Part shown: positions 1 to 11,760 of the stretch, piece by piece
Layout of the letters: every line of letters starts with the position of its first letter
Position numbering within the stretch: position 1 is the stretch's first letter
Source of the DNA: Somniosus microcephalus
Lineage: Eukaryota
Direction of reading: 5' to 3'
Assembly (NCBI GenBank): GCA_052327205.1
Contig: CM126203.1
Location: 313,658,001 to 313,722,000, forward strand
Length of the DNA: 64,000 bases
Program-made: the position numbers and the translations under genes
Notes under the pieces: generated by a model
What the model was told of the DNA's origin: nothing
Databases searched by the model: none
The model's input: the letters and a program-made list of their open reading frames with translations, nothing else

Positions 1-3000
1 CCCAACACTCAAAGTCTTCCTTCATATGCAAAGAATAGTCACTTGACTATAGTTTAAGAACTGCTGGTGCATGTGCAACATGAGTAACTACCTTCGGAGA
101 TGGTGATTGCTTGGCTCTCGTCTTTTGGGAGGCGAAGTTAATTGAAAACCTTGTCCATGACCCTCACTTCTGGTCACTGGACCTTTTCCAAAGGCTGGGA
201 AGGTTTATCTAGATCAGTGATATGAATATTGGATCAGTGGCTTGTACTGCTGGCTGGCCTCTCAGTCTGCCTGCAGCGGGAAAAATAGTGGCATGTGTTG
301 GAAGCAGCAGTTGACCAATGTTCTCCTTTGGCGGCATCAAATCACAAGATAATTATGGATGAGGAAGGCCATTTGACCCTAAAGTCTTTCCATTGTAGAA
401 TTCAACCGTTTCTCAAATGATTCTTGGATTTTTACCTCCACTACTCTGGAGGGCCAATCTCTACGTTGAATTTGGGTGGTCCTTCACTCTCTAGCAGTGG
501 CAGTACCACCTCTCATCATAATACTGCTACTGAAGTTGGAGTAGCATCAACAGCAGTGCTACAGCGATGTGAGATATCACCGTGCAAGTTAACCCATCGC
601 TGTAGTTATAGTGACCCTTTCATCCTGTGTTTTAAGATCCCCTGCTCTTTCGACACACCAACAACCCCATTAATCCCCAACTAAAGAGGGAGACAGATGA
701 CTGTTTTTACCAGGCTTATAGGTTTTAGGTGTGGCAGATCACCTCTACTCCCTCCTGCCACCTAACATTCGCAGCCTTTGTAATGTGCATGAACATCCTG
801 TCATGCTTTGCCTCGGAAACACACAGTAACCTGAACAGGAAGAGAGTGGTATTAAACATTCACTGCACCCAGACAGGAAAAGCAGGTAACCTCAGCAAAT
901 TCTTTCCCCAAATGAGCCCAGAGGGAAAATTCCTTAAGGTTTATTATCCATCATCTTATTCTTGTGTCTACCCAGATTATAAACCCCTTGATATGCACAG
1001 CCTCAGCACAGTTTAATACCACAATCATTAACTTTTATAACTGATAATTATAAGGCTGTAAAATATTGTTTGTTGCCAATAAATCCTGGTAAATGAACAA
1101 ACCATAAAGATAAACTACATTTGAAGTTTTCCTTAAAGGAGCACTGACATCAGGAACTTCAGAGGTGCCAGTTCTTTCCTGAGAAATATGGGGTCTATTC
1201 AAGGTGGTGATGATCTATGATGATCCTATTCTCAACTCTCACCTCCAACCTCCTCTGTCTCTATTTTTATCGATACTATTTCAGTCATTTCTTTTCTGAA
1301 TGTTGCCCTCTTGTTTTTGCTGAATTTCAAATGAACTGTCCTACATACTCTTCCTCCTTCTTCACTGATAGAATCAAGATTTATACGACTGTCTCCTACC
1401 CTCTACTGAGTTCTCTTTCATTTTTTTTAACCTTATTGGTTTCCTGTTCTAGAAACCTAGGACCCTCACTTAGAAAAACTGAAAATATAGTTATTGTGAA
1501 AATCAGGTGGATTTGCTACAATAATGAATTTTAGATTTCCAGGTCAGAACTTTCTGCTTGGACAGTCCCTTGAATTTGCCAAGAGCTATGTTTAAAAAGT
1601 TCAGAATTCATCAAATTTGGCATGCACTACCACTTCACAATAAAAACCATTATCTCCATTTTAAAATTGATCTTGATCGCCTCTGTGGGTACCGTTTATG
1701 TTGCTCCTGGGTCAACCAGTAGGATCTGCTGTGGTCAGATACATAGGTCATCTCTCTTTGATTTTCTCGCCTTCATTTTGGGCTAGCATTCCACCTCCAT
1801 TCAATGTTCGTCTGGCATACTTGCTAACTTCAACAATTTCTCATCTCAAACCAAGGCCCAGCTTGGTTCAAAAGACAGAGACCACGCTCCAGAGCGCCAA
1901 GGCTAAGTTCCTGATTTCTAAATCACCCTGGACCTGATTGGCTGAAGCAGGCCTTAGTTCCAATGTCCTGGCAGGCTGCAACTTTCAATCCCCAGACAAC
2001 CGCAACAAAGGACTTCATTAGGAAGGCAGAACACAACAGCACTCTCCAGGAGCAACACTGAAGCAAAGGTTTCATCAACTGAAGAGTTCCCAGCCTGCCA
2101 TCGTACATAATCTATTAATGCTGTTAATGTCGTAACTACCGCTGCTTCCTGTTCACTCATGTGTGTACTGCAGTGAAGCAGTACACATAGAAAAGGGAAA
2201 ATGATTACCCATTCCCTATCAGTTACACACTAGTTAATTTCCAATGGCATTGCTCATGGATAAAAATAGTGTCTCTCCCTTGTAACCGTGTCTCTGCTTA
2301 CCTTTTACATTCTGATTCTTTCTCTCATTCTCTCTCTTTTGGTTTGTTTTCCACTCATTCTGACTCTATCACTCTCTCTGCACACATCTGACACTCTGTG
2401 TACTTTCTCATTACTTCTCTCCCTTTCGATCAGTTGGTGCATCTCTTTTTTCCCCCCATATGTCTAACGTTCTCTCCTTTTCTTTCCAACTGTCATAAAG
2501 ACCTGAAGGAAAACTCAGGTGTTTATGATAGCTGCAGAAAATCTCTCTTTCTCCCTCTCTGAGTGGAATCTGGTGCATGTGTTATCTTGCTGCTGTCGCA
2601 CAAGATGATTGGGGATGAGGTGTTGTCTGGGACAAAACAGGAGTAAGAAGTGAGTAAAGAGAGGGCAGGGGACAAGCCTGGGGCTCAGCCCAGGGCTAGG
2701 AAGAAGCAGGGCAGTTAGGACTTGGGCTTGGAGGGGAGCAGGGAACAATGGCTTAGTTGCAAAACTAAATTGATAGATGGGCCAGCAATCTGAATTGGAC
2801 CTTGATAACACTGTGAGCAATGCTGCATTAACAGTAATGTGGAAAGCATCAGGTATGGAAGACATGAGGCATAAGTAATAATAATACTTTTTCCTTATAT
2901 ATAATACTTAATCAACAAATGATTCCAATACTATAAATTTTTATATAAACATAAACAGTCAATGATTCTAATATGATAAAGCAACATCTGGAAGAGAATG

Positions 3001-3255
3001 CATAATGAAGCAGAAATGAACCTGGGACTAGTCTCCAATACTGCGGAGCAGAGGAAGGAATATACTTCTGCCCATATTCAAGGAATAGAGTGGAAACAGA
3101 CCTGGGGTTGGAGAGTGAAGCAGAGATGGGTCCAGATCCAGAGAGCAAAAGAGGGATATAAGATCAAGGAGCGTGGTGAGGAGTAGGGTAGTGTAGTAGT
3201 ATAGTATGGTTCAAATCCTACCGTGGCAAATGATGAAACTGAATTCAATAATTTC

Positions 3256-3506
3256 AACTGGAGTAATGTGTCCAATTCTGGGCACCACACTTTAGGAAGG
3301 ATGTGAAGGCCTTAGAGAGGGTGCAGAAAAGATTTACAAGAATGGTTCCAGGGATGAGGGATTTCAGTTGCGTGGATATACTGGAGAAGCTGGGGTTCTC
3401 CTCCTTAGAGCAGAGAAGGTTGAGAGGAGATTTGATAGAGGTGTTCAAAATCATGAGGGGTCTAGACAGAGTAGATAGAGAGAAACTTCCCATTGGTGGA
3501 AGGGTC
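3256..3506 (+). mobile_element. CR1 LINE 3' RT fragment (left part; resumes at 6261)
   Basis: ORF 3303-3518 ALERVQKRFTRMVPGMR...LEQRRLRGDLIEVFKIMRG is a typical CR1 ORF2 C-terminus; interrupted after ...GAAGGGTC. Confidence 0.9.
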
Positions 3507-6260
3507 ATAGAAACATAGAAGATAGGAGCAGGAGTAGGCCACTTGGCACCTCGAGCCTGTTCCGCTATTTAATGAGATCATGACTGATCATCTAAATTCA
3601 GTACCCTGTCCCTGCATTCTCCCCATATCCCTTAATCCCTTTAGCCTTAAGAAATATATCTAACTCCTTCTTGAATATATTTAATGAATTGGCCTCAACT
3701 GCCTTGTGTGGTAGAGAATTCCACAGGTTCACCACTCTCTGGGTGAAGAAATTCCTCCTCATCTCAGTCCAAAATGGCTTACCCCTTATCCTTAGATTGT
3801 GACCCCTGGTTCTGGACTGCCCTGCCATCGGGAACATCCTTCCTGCATCTAGTCTGTCTAGTCCTGTTAGAATTTTATAAGTTTCAATGAGATCCCCTCT
3901 CATTCTTCTAAACTTTAACAAATATAAGCCTAATCGACCCAATCTCTCCTCATATGTCATTCCTGCCATCCCAGGTATCAGTCTGGTGAATCTTCGCTGC
4001 ACTCTCTCCATGGCAAGAACATCCTTCATCATGTAAGGTGACCAAAACTGCACACAATACTCAAGGTGTGGTCTCACCAAGGCCCTGTATAACTGCAGCA
4101 AGATATCCTTGCTCCTGTACTCAAATCCTCTCGCTATGAATGTCAACATACCATTTGCCTTCTTAACCGCCTGCTGCACCTGCATGCTTACCTTCAGCGA
4201 CTGGTGCACAAGGACACCCAGGCCTCGTTGCACTTCCCCTTTTCCCAATCTATTGCCGTTCAGATAATAATCTGTCTTCCTATTTTTGCCACTGAAGTGG
4301 ATAACCTCGCATTTATCCACATTATACTGCATTTGCCATGCATCTGCCCAATCACCCAACCTGTTCAATTCATGCTGGAGTTTCTCTGCATCATCCTCAC
4401 AGCACACACGCCCACCCAGCTTTGTGTCATCTGAAAACTTGGAGATATTACATCTAGTTCCCTCATCTAGATCATTTAAATATATTGTGAATAGCTGGGG
4501 TCCTAGCACCGATCCCTGTGGTACCCCACTAGTCACTGCATGCTACTCGGAAAAAGACCCGTTTATTCTAACTCTTTGCTTCCTGTCTGCCAACCTGTTC
4601 TCTATCCAAGACAATACCTTACCCCCAATCCCGTGTGCTTTAACTTTGCACGCTAATCTCTTATGCGGGACCTTATCAAAAGCCTTCTGAAAGTCCAAAT
4701 ACATCACATCCACTGGTTCTCCCTTATCTATTCTACCAATTACATCATCCAAAAATTCCAGTAGATTAGTCAAGCATGATTTACCTTTTGTAAATCCATG
4801 TTGACATTGTCCGATCCTGTCACTGTTTTCCTAGTGCTCTGCTATTACATCTTTTATAAAGGACTCTAGCATTTTCCCCACTACCGATGTCAGGCTTACC
4901 GGTCTATAATTCCCCGTTTTCTCTCTACCACCTTTTTTAAATAGTGGGGTTATATTAGCTATCCTCCAATCCATGTGAATTGTTCCAGAGTCTACAGAAT
5001 TTTGGAAGATGACCAGCAATGCATCTACTATTTCTAGGGCCACTTCCTTAAGTACCCTAGGATGTAGATTATCAGGCCCATGGGATTTATCGGCCTTCAA
5101 TCCCATCAATTTCCTAACACCATTTCCCTACAAATACTGATTTCATTCAATTCCTCCCTCTCATTAGACCTTATGTTCCCCGACATCTCTGGGAGGTTAT
5201 TTGTGTCCTCCTTTGTAAAGACAGAACCAAAGTATGTATTTAATTGGTCTGCCATTTCTTTGTTCTCCATTATAAATTTCCCTGATTCTGGCTGCAAGGG
5301 GCCTACGCTTGACATCACCAATCTTTTTCTCTTCACATATCTATAGAAGCTTTTACAGTCAGTTTTTATGTTCCCTGAAAGCTTACTCTCATAATCTATT
5401 TTCCCCCTCTTAATTAATCCCTTTGTCCTCCTTTGCTGAATCCTAAACTGCTCCCAATCCTCAGGTTTGCTGCTTTTCTGGCCAAATTATCTGTCCTCTC
5501 CTTGGATCTTATGCTATCCCTAATTTCCCTTGTTAGGCACGGTTGAATCACCTTTTTTGTTTTATTTTTATGCCAAACAGGGATGAACAAATTCTGTAGT
5601 TCATCCATGCATCTTTAAATGTTTGCCACTGCCTATCTACCGTCAACCCTTTAAGTAACGTTCCCCAATCCATCCTAGCCAACTCATGCCTCATACCATC
5701 GTAGTTTCCTTTATTTAAATTCAGGAACCTAGTCTCTGAGTCAAATACTTCACTCCCCATTTTAATGAAGAATTCTATCATATAATGATCGCTCCTCCCC
5801 AAGGGGCCTCGCACAACAAGATTGCTAATTAATCATTTCTCATTACATAATACCCAGTCTAAGATGGCCTGATCACTAGTTGGTTCCTCAAAATGTTGGT
5901 CCAGGAAACCATCCCGTATACACTCTAGGAATTCCTCCTCCACAGTATTGTTACTAATTTGGTTAGTCCCATCTATATGTAGATTAAAGTCACCCATGAT
6001 AAATGCTGTGCCCTTTTTGCACGTGTCTCTAATTTCCCGTTTAATGCCATTCCCAACCTCAGCATTACTGTTTGGGGGTCTGTATACAACTCCCACTAAT
6101 GTTTTCTGCCCCTTGGTATTTCTCAGCTCTGCCCATAGAGATTCCACATCATCAGAGCTAATATCCTTCCTTACTATTGTGTTAATCTCCTCTTTAACCA
6201 GCAATGCTACCCCACCTCCTTTTCCTTTTTTCCTGTCCTTCCTGAATATTGAATACCCCT
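3507..6260 (-). mobile_element. 5'-truncated CR1 LINE (partial APE endonuclease + RT, disrupted ORF2), inserted antisense into an older CR1
   Basis: ORFs with VGVVYRPPNS/MGDFN (APE), NYRPVSLTS, YLDFQKAFDKVPH, GVPQGSVLGP, SKFSDDTKL; TTCTATG-type tail at about 3507-3520; GGTC repeated at both junctions. Confidence 0.95.
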
Positions 6261-6567
6261 GGTCGAGAACCAGAGGACACAGATTTAAGGTGATTGGCAA
6301 AAGAATCAAAGGCGACATGAGGAAAAACTATTTTATGCAGCAAGTGGTTAGGATCTGGAATGTACTGCCTGAAAAGGTAATGGAGGCAGATTCTATCGTG
6401 GCTTTCAAAAGGGAATTGGATAAGTACCTGAAGAAAATAATTTGTAGGGCTACGGGGAAAGGACGGGAGAGTGGGACGAGCTGAAGTGCTTTTGCAGAGA
6501 GCAGGCACGGGCTCGATGGGCCAAATGGCCTCCTTCTGTGCTGTAACCATTCCATGATTCTATTCTA
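6261..6567 (+). mobile_element. CR1 LINE 3' end (right part of the 3256-3506 element)
   Basis: SRTRGHRFKVIGKRIKGDMRKNYFMQQVVRIWNVLP; ends in CCATTCCATGATTCTATTCTA tail. Confidence 0.9.
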
Positions 6568-8389
6568 CGAAATCTTGTCATGTGTGGGCTAGCATCAGAA
6601 AACTGACCACAAAAACAGCTAGATTGTCATAAAAACTGAATTAGTTCACTTCTGTCCTTCAGGGAAGGGAACCTGCCACTTCTGCTTGATCTGGCCTACA
6701 TGTAACTCCAGTCCCAACAACGTGCAAGCCACTCTGTTATATAAACAATTATTCAAGGAGAAAGTTCATCACCACCCTCTCAAGGCAACTAAGGATGGGC
6801 AATAAATGTGGCATTGCCAAAGTTGCCCTCATCCCAAGTACAAATTTTTGAATAAAGCCTGCCGTTGTGAATGGCAGGGACCTCCCAGCAGGGAGTCTTA
6901 GACATTCAGAGTGGCAACAGGTCAGTGAGAGTGTGGGCAGTGGTCTGAGGCTCAGAAGGAGGAAACTATAGTTATGGCTGGTGATATGGAGCTAGGAGTG
7001 CATTCCAGGACTAGGAAGCATGGGGACAGGGAAAAGGGAACACTCTGTTGGCACAATACTTTTCTCATGCAGATGCAAAAGAAATGGAATAATGAGTTTC
7101 TTGCATGCACTGTTCACATGGGGCTTTGGCCAAGCAGGGCAGCCTTTGCTTTGGGAGTAAAGGGGGAGGATGTACCCACGGTCAGGAACATTAATGAGGC
7201 CTGCTAGGGCAGCGGCCCATGCAAGAGAAATTTATTGGATGTTTATGGGTGCATGAGCGATTTTTTTTAGATTTAGTTAATTTTATAGATATAATTGTGT
7301 AAGAAATGTTATTCGTAGGGATGTACCGTGAGATGGGTGAGGATCTGTCATAGCGGCTGTGTGTCCCAGAATTTCTTTTTAGTAGAATATGATTGGTCAA
7401 TTTTGGATCAAAAAAGTGTCACTATAAGCACGATTCTGGGATCTGATTGGTTGAAATGACGTGGTCCTTGGAATCTGATTGATTGAAGGAACAGTGGTCT
7501 CTGATTCTGCAATCTGACTGTGTGAAGGAATGCTCCAACATTACAGTATTACAAGTGGCATTCACAAAGATGCCCAATGTTTAACCTAGATAGGGTTTTA
7601 ATGTATTTCAGAGCACATCTTATTTCTTGGTCCCCAAATTGCCTATTGAAAAACTGTGTACCCCGTGAATGATTCACATGGTCTGGTACCCAATTTTCTG
7701 GTTCTTGCCTGCCACTCATGGGTCCCTACATCATCAGTGGGGATTCATAAAATCAATCCTCTTAGCTCCATTTTTTCCTTTACCAGCCTAAGGAAGCTAC
7801 GGCTACCCCAGTGCCACCCCGGCTGAGACCAACCAACTCAGTATAGATCAGGTATCAAACCTGGGACCATGCTGGATTAGTCCCACATTAGACAATACAT
7901 TTACCCCTAAGCCATTGCTGCAGCAATTTATCCTCCTGTATCAATTCTGGAAACCGTCGATAAAAGCGCAAACAGGGAGTTTACAATAACATGTATTATA
8001 TGTTACATATATGTATATACATTTGATAAGTTGAACTTTTAGCCTAAATCAAGCCTACTGAGTAAAACAAGGCCTAAGAAGTAGGAGAGATGAGAAGATT
8101 AACTGGGGGCTTACTCAATTATCACAGAATTATATTGCAACATTCCTGGTTCTCTATTAGCTGCAATTTAATTACACCTCTCAGAGGAATTGCTGTGTGC
8201 AGTATCTCAGTGCTGTAGATTCCTGATACTGCACATGCATCGCATAGTTCACACACCCTAAATTTCTCATCATTGAACTGCCGTGAGGAAGATTCCCACA
8301 GAGGCAAAGAATAATTTCACAACAAGAAATCATAAAGCATGGGAACTTGCTGTCATTTAGCTGTGGTTCATCTGACTCCCTATTTACAG

Positions 8390-8803
8390 AATCATAGAAT
8401 CATAGAATGGTTACAGCACAGAAGGAGACCATACCGCCCGTCAAGCCCATGCCCGCTCTCTGCAAGAGCACTTCAGCTAGTCCCACTCACCTGCCCTTCC
8501 CCCGTAGCCCTGCAAATGTTTTCCCTTCAGGTACTTATCCAATTCCCTTTTGGAAGCCTCGATTGAATCTGCCTCCACCACCCTTTCAGGGAGTGCATTC
8601 CAGATCCTAACCACTCGCTGCGTAAAAATGTTTTTCCTCATGTCGCCTTTGGTTCTTTTGCCTTAAATCTGTGTCCTTTGGTTCTCGACCCTTCTCCCAA
8701 TGGGAACAGTTTTTCTCTATCTACTCTGTTTAGACCCCTCATGATTTTGAACACCTCTATCAAATCTCCTCTCAACCTTCTCTGCTCTAAGGAGAACAAC
8801 CCC
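8390..8803 (-). mobile_element. CR1 LINE 3' fragment
   Basis: LFSLEQRRLRGDLIEVFKIMRG; tail AGAATCATAGAATCATAGAATGG; same family as 6261-6567. Confidence 0.9.
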
Positions 8804-9181
8804 ATAAAACTTGGTTCAGCATTCATGTAGGCTTAAGCTGAGCAATTCATCTTGTGGATGCAAAGTGATCAGAATCCTGGTTAAGTGTCAAAAATACCAA
8901 AGGTAAGTAAGCTCATCCAGCGCCATCACATATCAGAAAATGGCTGGTGTTGTGCCTGATATCTTCCGATACGTGTTGGCTGTAAGTGAGATTCTCTTTA
9001 TACAGTTCCTTTGTTTACTTATTTAGCAATGTGGCATTCGGCAAAGTTTGTCTAAGAGGCAAAATTCTACATTTGAATAGTCCACCATCTTAAGACAGAA
9101 CAGATATCTGAGGTCAGCATATGAACTAATATCATATAAATATCGACATGTTAAACTGTTTGGAGTGGGTGGGGTGGGGGG

Positions 9182-9445
9182 TGTTATGTTCATTAATAAA
9201 TAGACATTCTTATTATGAACACAGCTAGCTTTTGCTAGACCTTTTATTGAGCACATGTGGACTAGGTACTATATCTGTGGAGGCTTCCATCTTGACTGTT
9301 GCCTTGTGGGTAGCCTAGCCTCATGGGTAATGTAGTCTTAATATATATATATGGCTGGGTAGTGTAGTCTTATACATACAGCTATATACAGCTCTACGGC
9401 TCCACCTAGTGTCCACTATAGAATGACATGTTATTGATCATTACA
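9182..9445 (-). repeat. 3' LTR of element 1
   Basis: TGTTATG...TTACA on the plus strand, direct repeat of 11497-11760, adjacent to the polypurine tract. Confidence 0.95.
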
Positions 9446-9639
9446 TCCCCCTTTCTTTGAGGTTTAACAAAATCAATATCAATCAACTTTCAAGAAAACA
9501 ATAAAGATAATATCAGTAACACTTTTGTTAGTGCTCTATAAACATAAACATTTTCAAAACAGTCAACACATTTTCAAAGCTTTACATTGTACTCAAAGAT
9601 TAAGTCTATCAGGCTTTTTTACTTCACGTGTGGATCTTC

Positions 9640-11451
9640 TCAACACGGGTGAGTCTGATGTGTCTTCATGAGATTGTTCTGGCGGTGAATGACAAGATGC
9701 AGTTGCAGCATTGTCATCAATTTGGTCTTGAATACATCGGGGTCTCCTTGCGATCTTTGCTTGGAGAGGGTTTCAGTGTTTCCTTCACTCTTCATGCCAT
9801 AACTCTCAATATAGTCAATGCACTCTCGAAAAACTGCTGGCAGCTGGATCCCATCATACAGCATAGTCCTCTCAGCAGCCTCGGCTAATGGAACACCAAA
9901 GATTGGCCTGAGGGAAGAAGGAGTATCCACCGGAACTGTTTCCTGCTCTGGTGCAGGCTTCTTCTTTTTCTTTTTCTCTTTCCACTGCTTAACAACATCT
10001 GCTGCGGTTATATCTTTGGACTTTTTCTCCTTGTGTTTTTCCTCTTTGTGCTTTTCTTCCTTTGGCTTCTCTTTGACCTTAAAGTCTTTTTCTTTCTTCT
10101 TGGAGAAACTAGGCTTTTTGAAGACATGGATACCCTTTGGCCTTTTCATCCTTGATGGGGTCTCTGCTTCATCACCTGAGTCATCTGGTCTGCTTATGGC
10201 ACAGTTTATATGGTAGACTCTCTTGACCAGGTCTAAGTCTTCACAAGCTTTGTCACCTAGTATCGAATCAAGTCTTTCAGCCACAACAGAAAACATGAGA
10301 TGATGCACTTTGTCTTTGACTGTCACTTTAAGTCTGCATACACCTAAGCTATCTATTTTCTGTCCATTATAGTCCTTCAGTAGTACTGACTTTTTCTGTA
10401 TTTTGGGCTTTTCTTTCATATTGTTAATGTCACTCATACTGATTAAGTTTGCTTTTGCCCCAGTGTCAAGTTTCAATGTAACTAATGCTCCATTTATCTG
10501 CAGTGGGATCATCCATTTGTCCTCTTTTACTGCATTAACTTTATGTTCAGCATTGTCTATTTCGGAGGGCTGCACATTTTCTGTATCTTTTTTGATATCG
10601 TCACATGACACCATTCCTACAATAAATGTCTCACTTAAATCAGTGTCCTCAATCACATTAACTCGTTGCCCTTTCGTCGTTTTTACTTTTGAAAAGTATT
10701 GTTTGGCAAAGTGATTCTTTCCATTACATTTTGTGCACATTTTTCCAAACGCTGGGCATTGTCTTAACTGGTGTTTGTAACCACAGCGTTTACAATTAAA
10801 AATTTCATCCTCCGATTGCTTTTCATTTCTGTTCTGCCCATGTTTCTTCCCCTTGTAGGACACAGCACCGACAGCAGCATTATCACTCATTACATTCGCA
10901 TCATTATTGATTTCACTGAAAGTCTTCGCGTGCTTTCGAGCTAGCTCGCTGGCTTGGCATATTTTCACCGCATTTTCCAAATTTAGTTCGGTTTCTCTCA
11001 ACAGACGTTCCCTGACTTTTTTATCATGAATACCAAACACAATCTGGTCACGAATCATGGATGCTTTGAGCTCAGAGAAATTACATGTCTGTGCTTTCAG
11101 TTTCAGATCAGTTATAAAGCTATCAAAAGTCTCATTTTGCTGCTGTGTCTGAGAACAGAAGATGTATCTTTCATAGGTCTCATTCTTTTTGGGAGAGCAA
11201 TGTGCATCAAATTTTTTTAGCACATCTTCTAATTTTTCTCTGTTCTCCACTAGATTAAATACAAATGTATTAAATACCTCTATCACCTGTGGGCCTGTAA
11301 CCGTAAGCAGCAATGCTATCTTCCTTGCATCTGGCTTCGTACCGAATCCGATGGCTGCAATGTAGAGTTCGAATTGTTGTTTAAAAATCCGCCAATTGTA
11401 GTCGACATTTCCCTCGAGATTCAAATGCTCTGGTGGCTTCAAATTCTCCAT
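9640..11451 (-). CDS. Chimeric Gag-aspartic protease-RALBP1 fragment protein (about 603 aa from the ATG at 11451)
   Basis: Gypsy Gag (PPEHLNLEGN, MIRDQIVFGI, CKRCGYKH and CTKCNGKNHFAKQY knuckles), protease LDTGAKANL...ILG, then RALBP1-like segment in frame. The ORF-track start at 11508 lies inside the LTR, so MENLKPP is the likelier start. Confidence 0.88.
   Translation of the reverse strand: MENLKPPEHLNLEGNVDYNWRIFKQQFELYIAAIGFGTKPDARKIALLLTVTGPQVIEVFNTFVFNLVENREKLEDVLKKFDAHCSPKKNETYERYIFCSQTQQQNETFDSFITDLKLKAQTCNFSELKASMIRDQIVFGIHDKKVRERLLRETELNLENAVKICQASELARKHAKTFSEINNDANVMSDNAAVGAVSYKGKKHGQNRNEKQSEDEIFNCKRCGYKHQLRQCPAFGKMCTKCNGKNHFAKQYFSKVKTTKGQRVNVIEDTDLSETFIVGMVSCDDIKKDTENVQPSEIDNAEHKVNAVKEDKWMIPLQINGALVTLKLDTGAKANLISMSDINNMKEKPKIQKKSVLLKDYNGQKIDSLGVCRLKVTVKDKVHHLMFSVVAERLDSILGDKACEDLDLVKRVYHINCAISRPDDSGDEAETPSRMKRPKGIHVFKKPSFSKKKEKDFKVKEKPKEEKHKEEKHKEKKSKDITAADVVKQWKEKKKKKKPAPEQETVPVDTPSSLRPIFGVPLAEAAERTMLYDGIQLPAVFRECIDYIESYGMKSEGNTETLSKQRSQGDPDVFKTKLMTMLQLHLVIHRQNNLMKTHQTHPC
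9781..10182 (-). other. RALBP1: Captured host coding fragment: RALBP1/RLIP76 lysine-rich region plus the start of the RhoGAP domain
   Basis: SGDEAETPSRMKRPKGIHVFKKPSFSKKKEKDFKVKEKPKEEKHKEEKHKEKKSKDITAADVVKQWKEKKKKKKP...PIFGVPLAEAAERTMLYDGIQLPAVFRECIDYIESYGMKSEG closely matches vertebrate RALBP1 as recalled. Confidence 0.93.
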
Positions 11452-11482
11452 GTCGCTTTTCACAATTTTCAGCAGATCTTCA

Positions 11483-11496
11483 CCACCCTGGTACCA
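11483..11496 (-). promoter_or_regulatory. Primer binding site of element 1, tRNA-Leu(TAA)-like
   Basis: TGGTACCAGGGTGG directly after the 5' LTR; complement of the tRNA-Leu(TAA) 3' end is TGGTACCAGGAGTGG (one-base gap). Confidence 0.75.
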
Positions 11497-11760
11497 TATT
11501 ATGTTCATTAATAACTAGACATTTTTATTATGAACACAGCTAGCTTTTGCTAGACCTTTTATTGAGCACATGTGGACTAGGTACTGTATCTGTGGAGGCT
11601 TCCATCTTGACTGTTGCCTTGTGGGTAACCTAGCCTCATGGGTAATGTAGTCTTAATATATATATATGGCTGGGTAGTGTAGTCTTATACATACAGCTAT
11701 ATACAGCTCTACGGCTCCACCTAGTGTCCACTATAGAATGACATGTTATTGATTATTACA
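11497..11760 (-). repeat. 5' LTR of element 1
   Basis: Direct repeat of 9182-9445; inner terminal dinucleotide mutated (plus-strand TA instead of TG). Confidence 0.95.

Larger units (their letters stand above)
9182..11760 (-). mobile_element. Non-autonomous Ty3/Gypsy LTR element 1 (gag-protease fused to captured RALBP1 fragment; no RT/RH/IN)
   Basis: 264-bp direct repeats 9182-9445 and 11497-11760 (about 6 mismatches by eye); G-run on both flanks compatible with a GGGGG TSD; PBS next to the 5' LTR; PPT AAAGAAAGGGGGA (9446-9458); one long ORF. Confidence 0.95.

Noticed and set aside
424-3200. Short ORFs at the start of the window
   Set aside because: No recognisable domains or exon structure; lengths are compatible with chance.
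9399-9416. CTCF-like motif (ACACTAGGTGGAGC, minus strand) in element 1 LTRs
   Set aside because: Two mismatches to the core consensus; not supportable without a motif scan or ChIP data.
9781-10182. RALBP1 segment as an exon of a resident RALBP1 gene
   Set aside because: It lies between paired LTRs in frame with gag-PR, and no other RALBP1 exons were recognised in the window.
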